A DNA stretch of 63,992 nucleotides, filler included, from Hausera hauseri (lineage: Eukaryota): assembly GCA_046269625.1 (NCBI GenBank). It is 12 parts of 12 records of this genome, joined end to end, with 100 filler letters (N's around TTAATTAATTAA, not from the genome) between each part and the next. Parts side by side here need not be neighbours in the genome. Positions count along the whole stretch, not along the records: positions 9,677 to 14,332 come from JBJURY010487687.1; positions 14,433 to 23,650 come from JBJURY010427696.1; positions 23,751 to 30,096 come from JBJURY010110098.1; 9 more parts are not named here. The stretch is one strand, 5' to 3'. The position numbers and the translations under genes were made by a program. Under the pieces are notes generated by a model. The model ran no database searches and was not told the origin of the DNA. It was given only the letters and a program-made list of their open reading frames with translations. Position 1 is the first letter of the stretch. Every line of letters starts with the position of its first letter. This document shows positions 12,540 to 24,029 of this stretch, piece by piece.

Positions 12540-13147
12540 GTTCGGTGTAAACCGAACAATTCGGTGTTTCACAATACAAGGTTGTACTCGTTGAACGATT
12601 TAATCAAACCCTACTCGGCCGACTGAACAAATTCTTTACCAAGCATGGCAATAAACTTGGTAGATGAACTACCGGATATTATCCATGCATACAATCATTC
12701 GACACATCGTGGCATGAATGGATTACGGCTGGTGGATGAAATCGATGATTTTTTACACGTAGTTTTATCAAAACCGAACACGACGACGACGACGACGATC
12801 ACCTAAACGTCCCAAGTATAAAATCGGTGATTTATGTACTTATTTCAAAGCTGAGTTCGACACCATTCATTAAAAATTTCAATCAGAACTGGAGCAATGA
12901 GGTTTTCCAAATTTCAGAAATCAACAAAAAACAAATACCTGCTATGTACGTTTTAGAAGATGAAAATAGTGACGAAATACGTGGCAAATTTTACGAAAGA
13001 GAACTGCACGTACTACCGGAAAAACCTGATGTGTATCGTATTCAGGAAATTCTACGTTCACGCAGCAAAGGTTCTAATAAACAATGTCTCTTCAAGTGGC
13101 ATGGATACACTACACAGAGTTGGATATTTGCATCGAAGATTGAGTGA
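12540..13147 (+). pseudogene. Polinton retroviral-like integrase C-terminal half with chromodomain
   Basis: VERFNQTL..AYNHSTHRG; KYKIGD.V.ISK..F.K...QNWSNEVF; GKFYEREL; chromodomain YRIQEILRSR...CLFKWHGY...SWI. Confidence 0.85.
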
Positions 13148-14110
13148 TGAGCATTTATTTGGTACTCGATAGTAACAGATTATTAGAACATGACAACAAT
13201 ACAGCTGAACGGTTTACCATGGTGTTGGACCAGCCGCTCGATTTACGCCAGGGAGACTGGGAAGTGGCTTTTGTGGAATTCACATTTACATTTTCACCAA
13301 TAACAATACGTGAGAACAGTGGAATATACTATACTCTACTAAGACAATCTCCTGCATGTAGTCGTTTGCAGTTAGTCCGAGACTCTAATGGAACATTTCA
13401 CGTTCACAATTACAAGCGGCAATATTTCCTGGTTTATATTTTTCATTTAAACAATCGATTGGCGCGAAAACACAAACATCCGATTGAATAGCAATTTAAA
13501 TAACTAGCCGACGCTTAGGCATGGAGTCTACAGCTCGGTGGACATAGTATAATTAGCAAAAATTCGAACTTTTCAATGAAAACCATCGATATTACAGTGA
13601 CCTGGCAAAAGACTGAATCATTCTTTTACTCTCATACAACAGGAAATGGTTTTCTTACGGAAACGGAAATAGAATTGTGCGCAACCATCAAGATTGTAGC
13701 TAAATTGGCTCTGATGGTCGTATTTCGTTTACACTATATGATAATGTAACATATTTTGACTTTGATGAACTATTGGCACGGAATCTGGGTTTTAAGGAAC
13801 GAGAATTCGGTCAAACAGGCGGCGGACGGCCCATTGTTGCTAAAAACAAACCATCTCTCTACGGAGCATTTCATCGAATTAATATTTTAACGGATCTAAC
13901 CGAACCCGTATATGTTAGCAGAGACCGAAACAACTATTGACTTTTATTGGACTGGATCCGGACACATACAAAACACCGGGCGAAACTGCTCACGTAAATG
14001 TCATCCGACCCATGTATTTATCGTTGTCTCAGAATATTGTTCATAGTATTTCCGTGTATATCGTAAACGATTTTTGGAAACCCGTTAAATTTCTGTTCTT
14101 AATTTTCGTC
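13144..14110 (+). pseudogene. Polinton minor capsid (penton)-like gene
   Basis: N-terminus IYLVLDSN...NNTAERFTMVLDQPLDL..GDWEVAFVEF. C-terminus PMYLSLSQNIVHSISVYIVND..KPVKF. Confidence 0.72.
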
Positions 14111-14172
14111 GTCGTCGTCGATAATAAACAAAATGCGTCATCACTATCATCATCAACATCATCATCGAGATC

Positions 14173-14332
14173 ATGAGTATTTACGTAGTGTTGCCGAGCA
14201 ACAGTTGTCCGACGACTCGTACTTTGGATTTATCTTGAAAATAGGAGATTGCACCGACGGAATTTAACTTTCCCTACGCACCGGTGACATTGAAAGGTAG
14301 TATGAAAATAACGTACAACAAGACTGTTACTG
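14173..14332 (+). pseudogene. Second penton-like gene start (truncated)
   Basis: MSIYVVLPSNSCP parallels the start of the 13144 gene. Confidence 0.5.
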
Positions 14333-14432
14333 NNNNNNNNNNNNNNNNNNNNNNNNNNNNNNNNNNNNNNNNNNNNTTAATTAATTAANNNNNNNNNNNN
14401 NNNNNNNNNNNNNNNNNNNNNNNNNNNNNNNN

Positions 14433-16186
14433 GGCGTAATAATAGCGGTCAAAATTTTACAGGAAAATCCAGTTAATGTGAATATCTCATACCCATTTAT
14501 GACAGCTTGAATTACTGCTTTGAATAATTGGACTAAGAAGTAGATGGCCAAAAATCCTGATGCAGCTTGTCCGAATATTAAAAACCTTCCCCACATTTTA
14601 TACAATATCTCTGAAGTTACTCTTTGATAATGGTTTGCGCCCAATAATGATTCCCATTTTGCTTGGAAGCGAGTGTCATCCATGACCATTGACATGGCCC
14701 GATTTAATTCATAAGTTCTTTGTCGTGGGAATGCTAAGAATTGCCTAAAAGCTTCTATGTCCTTTGGCCTATAAATCCCTTTACTGGCCGTATCTTCGAA
14801 TTTCTCTTCTGATAATCCTTTGATTAGATTAGTTCCAGTTAGTTTACTTGGGGCTGTAGTTGCGCCTCCATTAGGTAAACTTATCCAATTGTTTCCATTG
14901 CGGCGGAACATAGGTTCGCCTAGACTCGTTTTACATTCTTTTAATATTGTCGGTTCCGTTGAGTTTGCTAGAAGTACTCTAGTAAGTGGCATTGCTAACC
15001 TTGGTACGTTTTCATAAATTACAGGTAATTCTTGCATGCATCTCTTCTCTTCCACATTAATCGGTACGTCCTTTTTCTCACATTCGTAAGTAAGTAGAAC
15101 TTCTCCGGTAACTCGTCCGAATACGCCTTCCTTCATTGGTATGATCGGCGATGCTAGTTCTGGATTAGCGTAAATTAAGGCCAATTTAGTTCTCATGATT
15201 TCGGTATCCAATCGACAATCATTAGTGATCATCTTATGGTATAGTTCTGCTATTCCGGTTTGTCCCTTGTAATAAAAATAATCGTCTCGATTTTTGAGGT
15301 AATCTTCGATTCGTATGTCTTGTGTCTTCAAATCGTACGTTTTCATATTGATTTCGGTTTCCGCCACAAAAAATGCTTCGTAGTTTGTGGCATACATTAC
15401 TACATCGCAACGTGTTATCATATCCTTTCTAATGAATTTTAATCCATGTGCGTCAGATATTAATATCGTAGGTGTGGGTTGCTCCGCTACATCTTTCCTT
15501 GATCTTGTATCGGTATGAACTTGGTTGATATAACGTTTTCCAGTTGTCTCATTAAATGTTAACTCTTTGACTTTGATAAAGTTACAGTCCCCTTTTGATG
15601 GCGGATTCCACACCACGACTGAGCTTCGGAATGTACAGGCGCCATCTTGAAGGTGGCATTTCGGATTTTCAGTGAATAGTTTAGTGGTACTATGAAACAT
15701 TGCTTTTAAAGATCTCACCTCGGTTTCGTAAAAATCTACAACTACTACTCCTGCTTCTTTTCCTTTCCCAGTATCGTAATCTACCCCAACACAATGACCA
15801 GTATGCATATTCAACTTCCCAGCTGCTACCTTATAAGCCCGAATTATTTTTCCTTCTTGGGCTTCTAATTCCATACCATCCCAAACCATTTTATTAGTTA
15901 GCCGTGCTCCTAGACAATGTTGTCGATCTACATTCATTGGGATTAGCGGGGTAGTCGGCTTAATAATTGAAGAATGTCCGTACATGGCACCACAATGGAA
16001 TATGCTGCGCGATCTACGTATCATACATTCTGTTGCTTCCATTGCAATCAACTCTTGTTGTTGGTATAATATATATTTCTTTTCTATGGTGTCCAACTTG
16101 TGGGGCCTTGCATCTTCGCATGTTTCTAAGTCCATCAAGGAGTATTTTTGACCTACCTTAAATTTGTCACAATCGTATACAGTGAC
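14433..16186 (-). other. env: Chuvirus-like (class III-type) envelope glycoprotein domain
   Basis: VYDC..YSL.DLETC at the start; HCG; GEV...ECEKKDV...CMQELPVIY...P.TRVL; GIY...D...F.QFL.FP; membrane region WGRFLIFGQAASGFLAIYFLVQLFKAVIQAVINGYEI...GFS. This matches the chuviral G pattern as I recall it. Confidence 0.82.
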
Positions 16187-19100
16187 CGCTCCCATCTGCT
16201 TTACCAGCATAAGTATTGTTAGTAGGTTTATTAGCCAATTCGATTCGTTTCCTTTGTTTGAAGAGATTTTTCGGACCATTTCCTCTAGGTCATTAGTTCT
16301 TTTCCTATTATCTTCCTTTTCGAATAGTTTAGTCCATTTTATTTCTTTAGGTACCCTTTTCGCTGCCTTCCTTGCTAAGCCTATCGATTTTTCTATTTCA
16401 TTTTCCCGAAATGGGTTAGTTCTTACCGCCAAATATATCAATACCTTTCTTAATTCTTCCGTTGTATTATCTATCATAATCCGATCGATTACTGCTTCGT
16501 CAGGAAGAGTACTTTTGGATAATTTAAATCGTGAAGTCTTCATGGTACGTGCTATATTATATATTAGCCTTTCTTTTTCAGAAAGTGTATCCCCTTGTAG
16601 TCCGGTATAGTTGACTATTCTTATCAAGTCCTTCATTAGCTCGACTAATTCTTCATTGTCCGAACTTGGAGTTGGTACTGATAGTTGCCTTAGTTCTCTA
16701 ATTAAATCTGCATTATGATCCGCTTCTTTTATTTTTCTCGGCCTTCCAACCGGTCGTTTTGGTTTTGTTGGTGGCATAGTTTCACTTAACGGAACTAAAT
16801 TCTTATCATATTGAGGCTTGTCGTCGTCCGTTTGTAAATATTCGAAATACATCGCAGCGTCATGAATTCCCATAATTTTTCCGACACAATGTTCGGTATG
16901 TGCCTTTCTTATAGCTTCGTCTTTGGTCTGTTCGCTTGTGATTATCGCTACTATCCGGTTTGTTTCGAGTGGTATGATCCCTACATCTATTAAATACTCG
17001 GGTTCGTCCAGTATTCTACCTCTGAAATAGAGTCGATAGTTGACTCCTTCCTTACCCTCTTTATTTATTATTTGTTGTTTTATGTCTCCGACGGTGGTAT
17101 ACGTAGTACATTCGAACTCCTCGTCATCTATTCCTTCAGATGATATCTTTACCTTCATTTGCGCTTCCGGTTTGTTTTTCAACAATTTGGCGTACTCTTT
17201 TATCAAGAGTTTAGGTACGGCGCTATACGCAGTGTTCTCACTGGATAATTTAGTCAAGGTTGGAATCAACTTCCTCAATTTTTCTTCACTTGTGTTTATT
17301 CTCAACATGTTACTCAGTTCCTTTTCAGCTAGTATAGGATCTAGTAGCATTTGCGCATCAAATTTCGTCTTGTGTGTACCAACAGGCGACTCATAAATGT
17401 GTATTGGCGTTCTCGGGTTCTGTTCCGTTAAACCCTGGAGATATTCGTCCCATTCGGCTTCGTTATCAACATCCGGTAACTCCAGGTTTGCTAATGCCGC
17501 TTGTCCTACTTGGACTCTTTCCCGTAATTCGCTCAATTGTGGTTGTAGTATTTTCATGATGGACACCCTAAATCCATCTCTGCTTCCGCAGGCTTGTTGT
17601 ATCAGTTTAATTAGTCGACACATTTCCTCTGGCTGTATCAAGGCCTTATCTTGGTAATTGGTCACTTCCGCGATCCTATCAACTTGCCATTTCTGTATGA
17701 ATTCTGCTTTGTCATTCAATTCTGTTTCTGTCAAAGAATATTTATTTTTATAACTTTCTGCTTCTCTCAGTAATTCATTTATTTTCAGTTGTCTTCTCTC
17801 AGAACGTAGTCGGGTTTCTTTTATCAGACGTATGCGGTCGGTCAGTCTTTTTGCTACTGCTTCATCAATTTCTGCCATTTCGGTCAATAATAAGATTAAT
17901 TTCTGGATTTGATTAAGTACCTCAGCATCTGGATCTATCGCGTCCATTAGTCTTCTTATAAATTTTACTTCCTCGCTAGTCAGCTGCAAGTCGTTTATGA
18001 TTTCCGTTAATTCGGAATGACAAGATAAGTCAAATCCTGGTGACCATCCGGCTGAGTTTTGTATATACTGTAACGTCTGTGCTATGGCAATCCGGTGGTC
18101 CTTACACATTTCTAATGTTTCTATTTCCTGTATGGAGATTTCTTTTAGTGGTTTCTGTATCAAGTGCTGTATCCCTTCCCAACGAAGATTTACTAAACTT
18201 CGTTGGAGATCACTTAGCTTGTTTCTTTTCTTATAAAAGTCTTTTTCTTGTATGATCTCGTATATTTCTATCATCGTTACTTGCTCTTGAGCCTGATTTA
18301 TGAATTTGAGTTCTCGGTATGATTCGAATTTAATTCGTAACTTCGCTTCATCCTGCATTGTACCGATATCTAACAGCATCTCTTCCAACTGGTGTTTCAT
18401 TATTGGTTCGGCCACAGCAAATTCTCTTAACCTCTCTTTTATTACTCCTGCTATTAAAGGTAACAAATCTGTCCACTTCTGCAGTTGTTTGGTTATTAAC
18501 GGCTTCATATATATTATTTCATCTAATGCTTCAAGAGCTTCTCGTAATTTGTGGTCCGGTCCTCGTACAAATTCTATGATTTGTTTTATATAGTTGAATT
18601 CTTCTTTATATTCTTCTAACTCAAGCAGACAAGAACGTATTACTCTCTGTACCTCTGTATTTTCGGAGTCGATTATGCCGATCCTTAAATCGTTGATTTC
18701 TGCTCGCATCTCGTTTTCCTTTTGGATACGTGTCTGTACATCTGAGTATTTGTGAGGCTTATCTTTGATTAAGTTACACATTTTCAATAAAAAGAAGATA
18801 TCGGTTTGTTCTATATTCAGTATTCTCAAATCGACTTCAGTCAGTTCATATACGGCTTTATTATGTAGGTAAGAATTTATAGCTTTCTCCATCTCAATCA
18901 TTAATTCTTCTAAGTTCCGTCGTACGCGTTTTAATTTTGGGTTAGCCTTTAGTGTGTCTAACAATCGTTGTGCTTGGTTTACTTGACCGAGAAATGGTTC
19001 GTTTTTATTCCACCATATTTTCGTAAAATCGATATTATTTGTTGTCCATAGTTCTAATTTATCTTGCCAATCTTTTATTATACGTAGTTGTATTTCCAGC

Positions 19101-21037
19101 GATTCACATGGTATGGCTTCTTCGCCTTTCTGTATGCCAGTTTTAATCTTTCTATATAACTTTTCTATAAATTGTTGCTCCTTTCCGGAGATATCCAGCT
19201 GCTTACTAAATTGTTGTAGCTTTTGCAGGTTTTCGATTGATTTTTGCGGATCGTCCAGAGTATCTCTTATTTCTGCTAGCTCATCCGCATTTTTCCAAGA
19301 TTTTCTGATTTTTCCATAAGCCGTGGATTTCTCTTCTTTTGATTCCTCTTCGCTAGATGGTAGTGGACATATTTCATTAATTTCGTTGATATTTACGATA
19401 CTTGTGGACTCTGGGACTATAATAGGAGTATTTAGCTCCGTCTCATCTCGTAGATTGATAGTAAAGACATCCTCTATTACATCCTTCTTAACAGGAGATC
19501 GTGAACGGGTTCTTGACCTTCTCCTAAGAGAGGGACTTCTACCTCTATTCTTGGTTATTTTAAGTATTAATGGTCCGATGAATTCGCTCTCAACTTCATC
19601 TGCTGTTTTCTCTTTAGCTGGAGTTACGATCTCAGTATCTGCATCCAAGTCTATACTCGGAGATGCGGTCGATTTTTCTTTCTTTTCTTCCTTTGCTGGT
19701 TGATCTCTATTTTTCTTCCTAGCCATATTAGTACCTTTAGGCGCTATAGCCTTTTCATATTCCGTTTTTGGTTCTCTTAACCCATGATAAACTTCCAATT
19801 GATGCAACTTCTCTTCATACTCCTGTCTAGCCTTAATTACTTGCGGATTATTAGATTCACCCATATTCCTTACATATCGTCGTAAATCTTGCATTTCAAT
19901 AATCATACTTATATCTCCTCGCTTTCCGTAAATTCCTTCTAGATTCTCTTTTATCATACTAGCCTTACTAGTCTCTGCAAATGATACACTTCGTGGGTTA
20001 GGACATGATCTAGCTATGTGTCCTTCTTTGCCACATGAATAACAAATCAAATTCCCATCGCGTCCGATTCTTTGTCTTCCATCTTCATTTACTGGTGATT
20101 TAGGTCTACCAGTGTTTTTATTTTGAACTGATTTATCGATTCCATTATTTCGATTTTCATAATTCCGACTTCCCGTATATCGATTCTTGTTATATCGGTC
20201 ATCACTTCTGTCCGGATTATAACTTGTTTTACCATACATGTCTGTACTGTAACTTGTTTTATTATACATGTTCCTGTTATCATATCTCGTATTGCGATTG
20301 AAGGTATTTTGAGCTCTATTCTCATATCCTCGATCTCTATTACTGTCATTGAACCTTTTATTACTCCGGTTTCTATCTCGATTGTCACGGTCATTATTTC
20401 GTTCATATCTATCATTCTGTTTGGCATATCTATCCAGTGCCATTTCTAAATTTTGAGCTAATTGTAATGCCGTTTCAAAATTATCTGGCCGAGCCAAGAT
20501 TAGCTGCTTAACTAAATCTCTAGACCATATTCCGTTTATCAATTGCGTTGTCATCATAACATCTAAATCTGGTGGACTAGCCTTTTCTGCCGCTTCTCGT
20601 TCTGCATCTGTTTTCGCTTTTGCTGCATTAGCTATTCGTAACGTACTTACATAACTATTGGCCAATTTTTTTAGTGCAAATGCAAACTGAGTAACTGACT
20701 CGCCCTTTTGTTGAGTTCTATTCTGAAAAGCCATAAGCTTCTGTTGCGGCGTAACTGTCGGCAATAATTTACGATTTAAGGCTCCTACTAGGGAAGACCA
20801 TGATTTCTTCTCATCGTTAGTTAATTCGCTATATGCGTCTGCGGCTAGATTTTTCAAGTATAGAGATAATCGCTTAATCATAACTTCTGATGCGAGGCTG
20901 GCACCTTCTGCGTGCAGTTTATAAGTCCGTAAAAAGTCGTTTAATCCATCTGGATCTCCGTCATATGCGGGTAAATTTAACGAATCGAACGTAAATATAT
21001 CAAGTTTCTGAGCTACTGCTGGGTTGTCTGCTGCCAT
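14433..21037 (-). CDS. Polyprotein: Ty3/Gypsy-type Gag (CA + CCHC) - helical spacer - ubiquitin-like - AT-hook - signal peptide - chuvirus-like glycoprotein
   Basis: About 2,200 codons with no stop; first ATG at 21037 (frame open from ~21238). Gag: LPAYDG, YLKNLAADAY, W..L..AL..K, QQKGESVTQFAFALKKLA, P.NFETALQLA; CYSCGKEGHIARSC at 20003-20044. UBL at 16940-17158; KRPVGRPRK at ~16733-16760; hydrophobic signal at 16187-16237; Cys-rich glycoprotein from 16186. Confidence 0.92.
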
Positions 21038-21381
21038 TTTAGTTTTATTTAATTTGTCTACTTTAGTTTTACGAGGAACTTTGAATTCTTGAATTAGGTT
21101 TAATTCCGTATCGGATAATTGGTTTTTATCTATTGTCTGGTTTTTAATATAAAATTTATTGCGAGTTTCTCTTTGACTATCGTTTGCCAATAAGTTTTGA
21201 TAAGAATTAGCTCTATCAATGTTCGCTTTCAGCTTGAATTATTTATTACCCTCTATCAACTTATATTCCCAAATTTTAGATTCTCAAATCTTCCTATATC
21301 AATTACTTGATGTGAGTGGCGCTATTCGCCGGTGTGTCGTTATTTGATTTCTCAAAAGTAAAGTCTAGCGAGGCACAAACT

Positions 21382-21399
21382 GTCCTGCTAGGGTCGCCA
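21382..21399 (-). promoter_or_regulatory. Primer-binding site, tRNA-Arg type
   Basis: TGGCGACCCTAGCAGGAC begins 4 nt after the LTR end TGTAACA and is complementary to a ...GGUCGCCA tRNA 3' end, as in tRNA-Arg(TCG). Confidence 0.8.
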
Positions 21400-21403
21400 A
21401 ATA

Positions 21404-22162
21404 TGTTACAGTTAGGGTGGCCCTTATCCGTCCCCACTATAACAATATTATTTCTAATTTATAATTCGCTCTTTGAGCAGGTTAGGATTACTCGTTCTCG
21501 AGTAATCGACTTGTGCCTTATGATTAAGAGATTTTAGAACTGAATGCCTGTACTGCGTGCCGTAGAATCAAATGTCTCAGATTAAATACTCTAGTCTTAT
21601 CTATTTAACTTTTAGTCAGATTTTTATCCTAGGGTAGTCCAAATCAGCTTTAAGAGCCGATGAAAAACTATGTAAGGATTTTAGAACAATCAATAATATA
21701 TACCTTTATTAAAACACCCAATTTACAATAGTTTATGATCAGATACGCTTTATATCGTCAATAAGTAACCAATTGAACGTCGTCAATGAAAATGTAACTT
21801 CTCGTTTGACCGACTCTAAGTCGTGTACTGAACCTTTTTTCAAGAGAATCAATTTCGAATCGTTTTAGTTTTCGCTGCGAACCTAAGTCGCAAAATTTTG
21901 TTCCCTTCTACCTTCTCTCACATCGGTTTATATACTCTGATTTATATCGTCATAACGTTATTCTCAGATTAATTCATTTTTTTCGCATGTTGTTTCACGT
22001 CCAATTCGGCTTAAAATCAATTTTCGGCATTATAAACCTAACTTGATTTCGATAATAATAATTCAATATGTACAATTTTACAATCGCTGTATTTTCCGAC
22101 ACCAATAATCAGTAACGTATTTACAATTATTCTCTCACATTTATATCTGTCATTTTCTCACA
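21404..22162 (-). repeat. 5' LTR (~760 bp)
   Basis: Starts TGTGAGA where homology to the Tc3 TIR stops and ends TGTAACA before the PBS. TATATAAA at 21927-21934 and AATAAA at 21705-21710, both on the minus strand. Confidence 0.7.
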
Positions 22163-23617
22163 AACATATTTAATTTTTTGCATAAAACTTTTTGAAAAAT
22201 TACAGCCGATAGATGTTTTTGGCCGTGGACACGAAATTATGGACACTTTTCAAAAAATGCCAAAACATTTTATTAAAACAAAATTTTCACACAATATGTC
22301 TAACATTTCGTGGATCCTCCACTAACCTTTATCACCTCGAAAATCCTTGTGGGAAGCGACTGGTACAAGGATTTGATGTCGTTCTCACCGATCTCTTTCC
22401 ACGACTTGATTATGTCGGTTTTCAACTCATCCCGGGTCTCATACTGCTCCACAGAGATTTTCCATGATATTCAAATCAGGGCTCTTTGACGGCCAATTCA
22501 AAACGGTGATTTTATTGTCTTGAAACCACCGTTTCACAATATTCGCCATATGGACAGATGCGCGTCCCTGCTGGAAAATGTAGTTTCATCCTCCTTTCCG
22601 GACAGCATGGAAAGCGTCATGCAGTTTCAAAGTGTCATACATTATCTTAATGTAGTCCTCCGCCTTTACAGTCGTTTCAATAAATACAAGTTCAAATTCC
22701 CCTGCCGCCCAACGGCGCCCCATACTATCACAGATCCACTTCCGCTCTCTCGCTTTGAATACAATATCTGCTCCTTCGCAGGTCATGACAGTAGTGTTGA
22801 AATCCGTCGGGAGCGTCGAAGTTAAACTTTTTTTCATCACTAAAGATGATTTTTTCCCATTCCTTAGTCCAATACATCCATTCACGAGCACGTTGTAATC
22901 TGGCTTCTTCATGTTTTTTCGTTAGGGGCGGTTTACCCTAGATTTTCTTAAATTGGAGATGTGGAGATTCTTGAATCACTCGTCAAACTGTTCTGGCGTG
23001 AACTGGGTGATTATTTCGTTCTTTAATTTGAGCAGAGGAGATGTTCTGATTGCTAGCATCTCGAAGAATCGTCCGCTTATCTCGATTTAATAATTTTGAC
23101 TTTCTCTTCTTGTATTGTTTTCGCCCGTAATTAACCTAAGAACTTAAATAATGGAGCACAACAGTTGGTAACCTTTCAGTTTGTCGTCCAATTGCACGAG
23201 CACTGCATCCTGATCCATGAAATCGATCAATTTGGACCTTTTCAGCAGCAGTTAATCCTGGTTGTTTTCTCATACTTATTGTTTATGAAGTAGTAGTTAG
23301 AGTCAATTAAAAAGCAAATCGATATTGTTGTAGTTACCTACTTTACAGAATATTCATTTTCTCCAAACTATCAGTTAGCAATACTTCACAACAAGTTGGA
23401 CAAGTGGTTAACTATAAGTGTCCATAATTTCGTGTCCAGAGGTAAAAACATCTATAGGCTGATATTTTTCCAAACGTTTTATATAAATATTTAAATGTTT
23501 TACAAGCATAATTTGCTAATCTGAATCGAACTCAAATAAACCCATTTCCTCATTTTGCTATATACTTGCAAATATTGCGAAATTTGGGGTGTCCATAATT
23601 TCGTGTCCAGGGCTATA
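22163..23617 (-). mobile_element. Tc1/mariner (Tc3-like) transposon with IR/DR ends; one TIR interrupted by the LTR element
   Basis: DR GTGTCCATAATTTCGTGTCCA at ~23419 and ~23589, inverted at ~22226-22246. Terminal TA. Transposase remnant inside. Confidence 0.88.
22300..23273 (-). pseudogene. Tc3-like DDE transposase
   Basis: MRKQPGLTAAEK...; IFSDEKKFNFDAPDG; WPSKSPDLNIMEN; ends GGSTKC*. Frameshifted. Confidence 0.88.
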
Positions 23618-24029
23618 TATGAATCAAATGAAGTAATAGAAAAATTAACTNNNNNNNNNNNNNNNNNNNNNNNNNNNNNNNNNNNNNNNNNNNNTTAATT
23701 AATTAANNNNNNNNNNNNNNNNNNNNNNNNNNNNNNNNNNNNNNNNNNNNCCATGAACTCACATCAAAGATAAAATTACCGAGACTGAAAATCTGAAAGT
23801 TTAAAAAGATATCTTTTCTAAAAGTTCATCAGATCCCTTCGGTACCCCGGTAATTTGATGACACTGATTTTAGAACTAATTCAATTGTGAACATAAATTA
23901 AGTCGTGATCTGGCTACAACAGAGTCGCTCGTGAGATATACACTAAAAATTACATTCCATACATCCCACGACGATACCGGAAGTCAACACGACGAAAATC
24001 GATATCAGTCAGTGTGTCAATAACAAAAA

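Larger units (their letters stand above)
9677..14332. mobile_element. Polinton/Maverick (adintovirus-like) internal fragment, decayed
   Basis: An A32-type packaging ATPase, a GGFL-motif virion protein, an integrase with chromodomain and penton-like genes occur together. Confidence 0.88.
14433..22162 (-). mobile_element. LTR element encoding a Gag-Env polyprotein with no pol in the sequenced part (3' end cut by gap)
   Basis: 5' LTR at 21404-22162, PBS at 21382-21399, then a single uninterrupted ORF to the contig edge. Confidence 0.85.

Noticed and set aside
14381-14432. C-terminus of the 2269-aa ORF as given in the track
   Set aside because: It runs into N and stops in the linker, so the true end is unknown. 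The track's start at 21190 is a TTG; the first ATG is at 21037.
19620-19660. DADTE as a protease active site in the polyprotein
   Set aside because: It lacks D[TS]G and the hydrophobic context, and lies in a disordered acidic region.
16164-19703. Plus-strand ORFs antisense to the polyprotein
   Set aside because: Shadow ORFs of a long coding strand, with no independent motifs.
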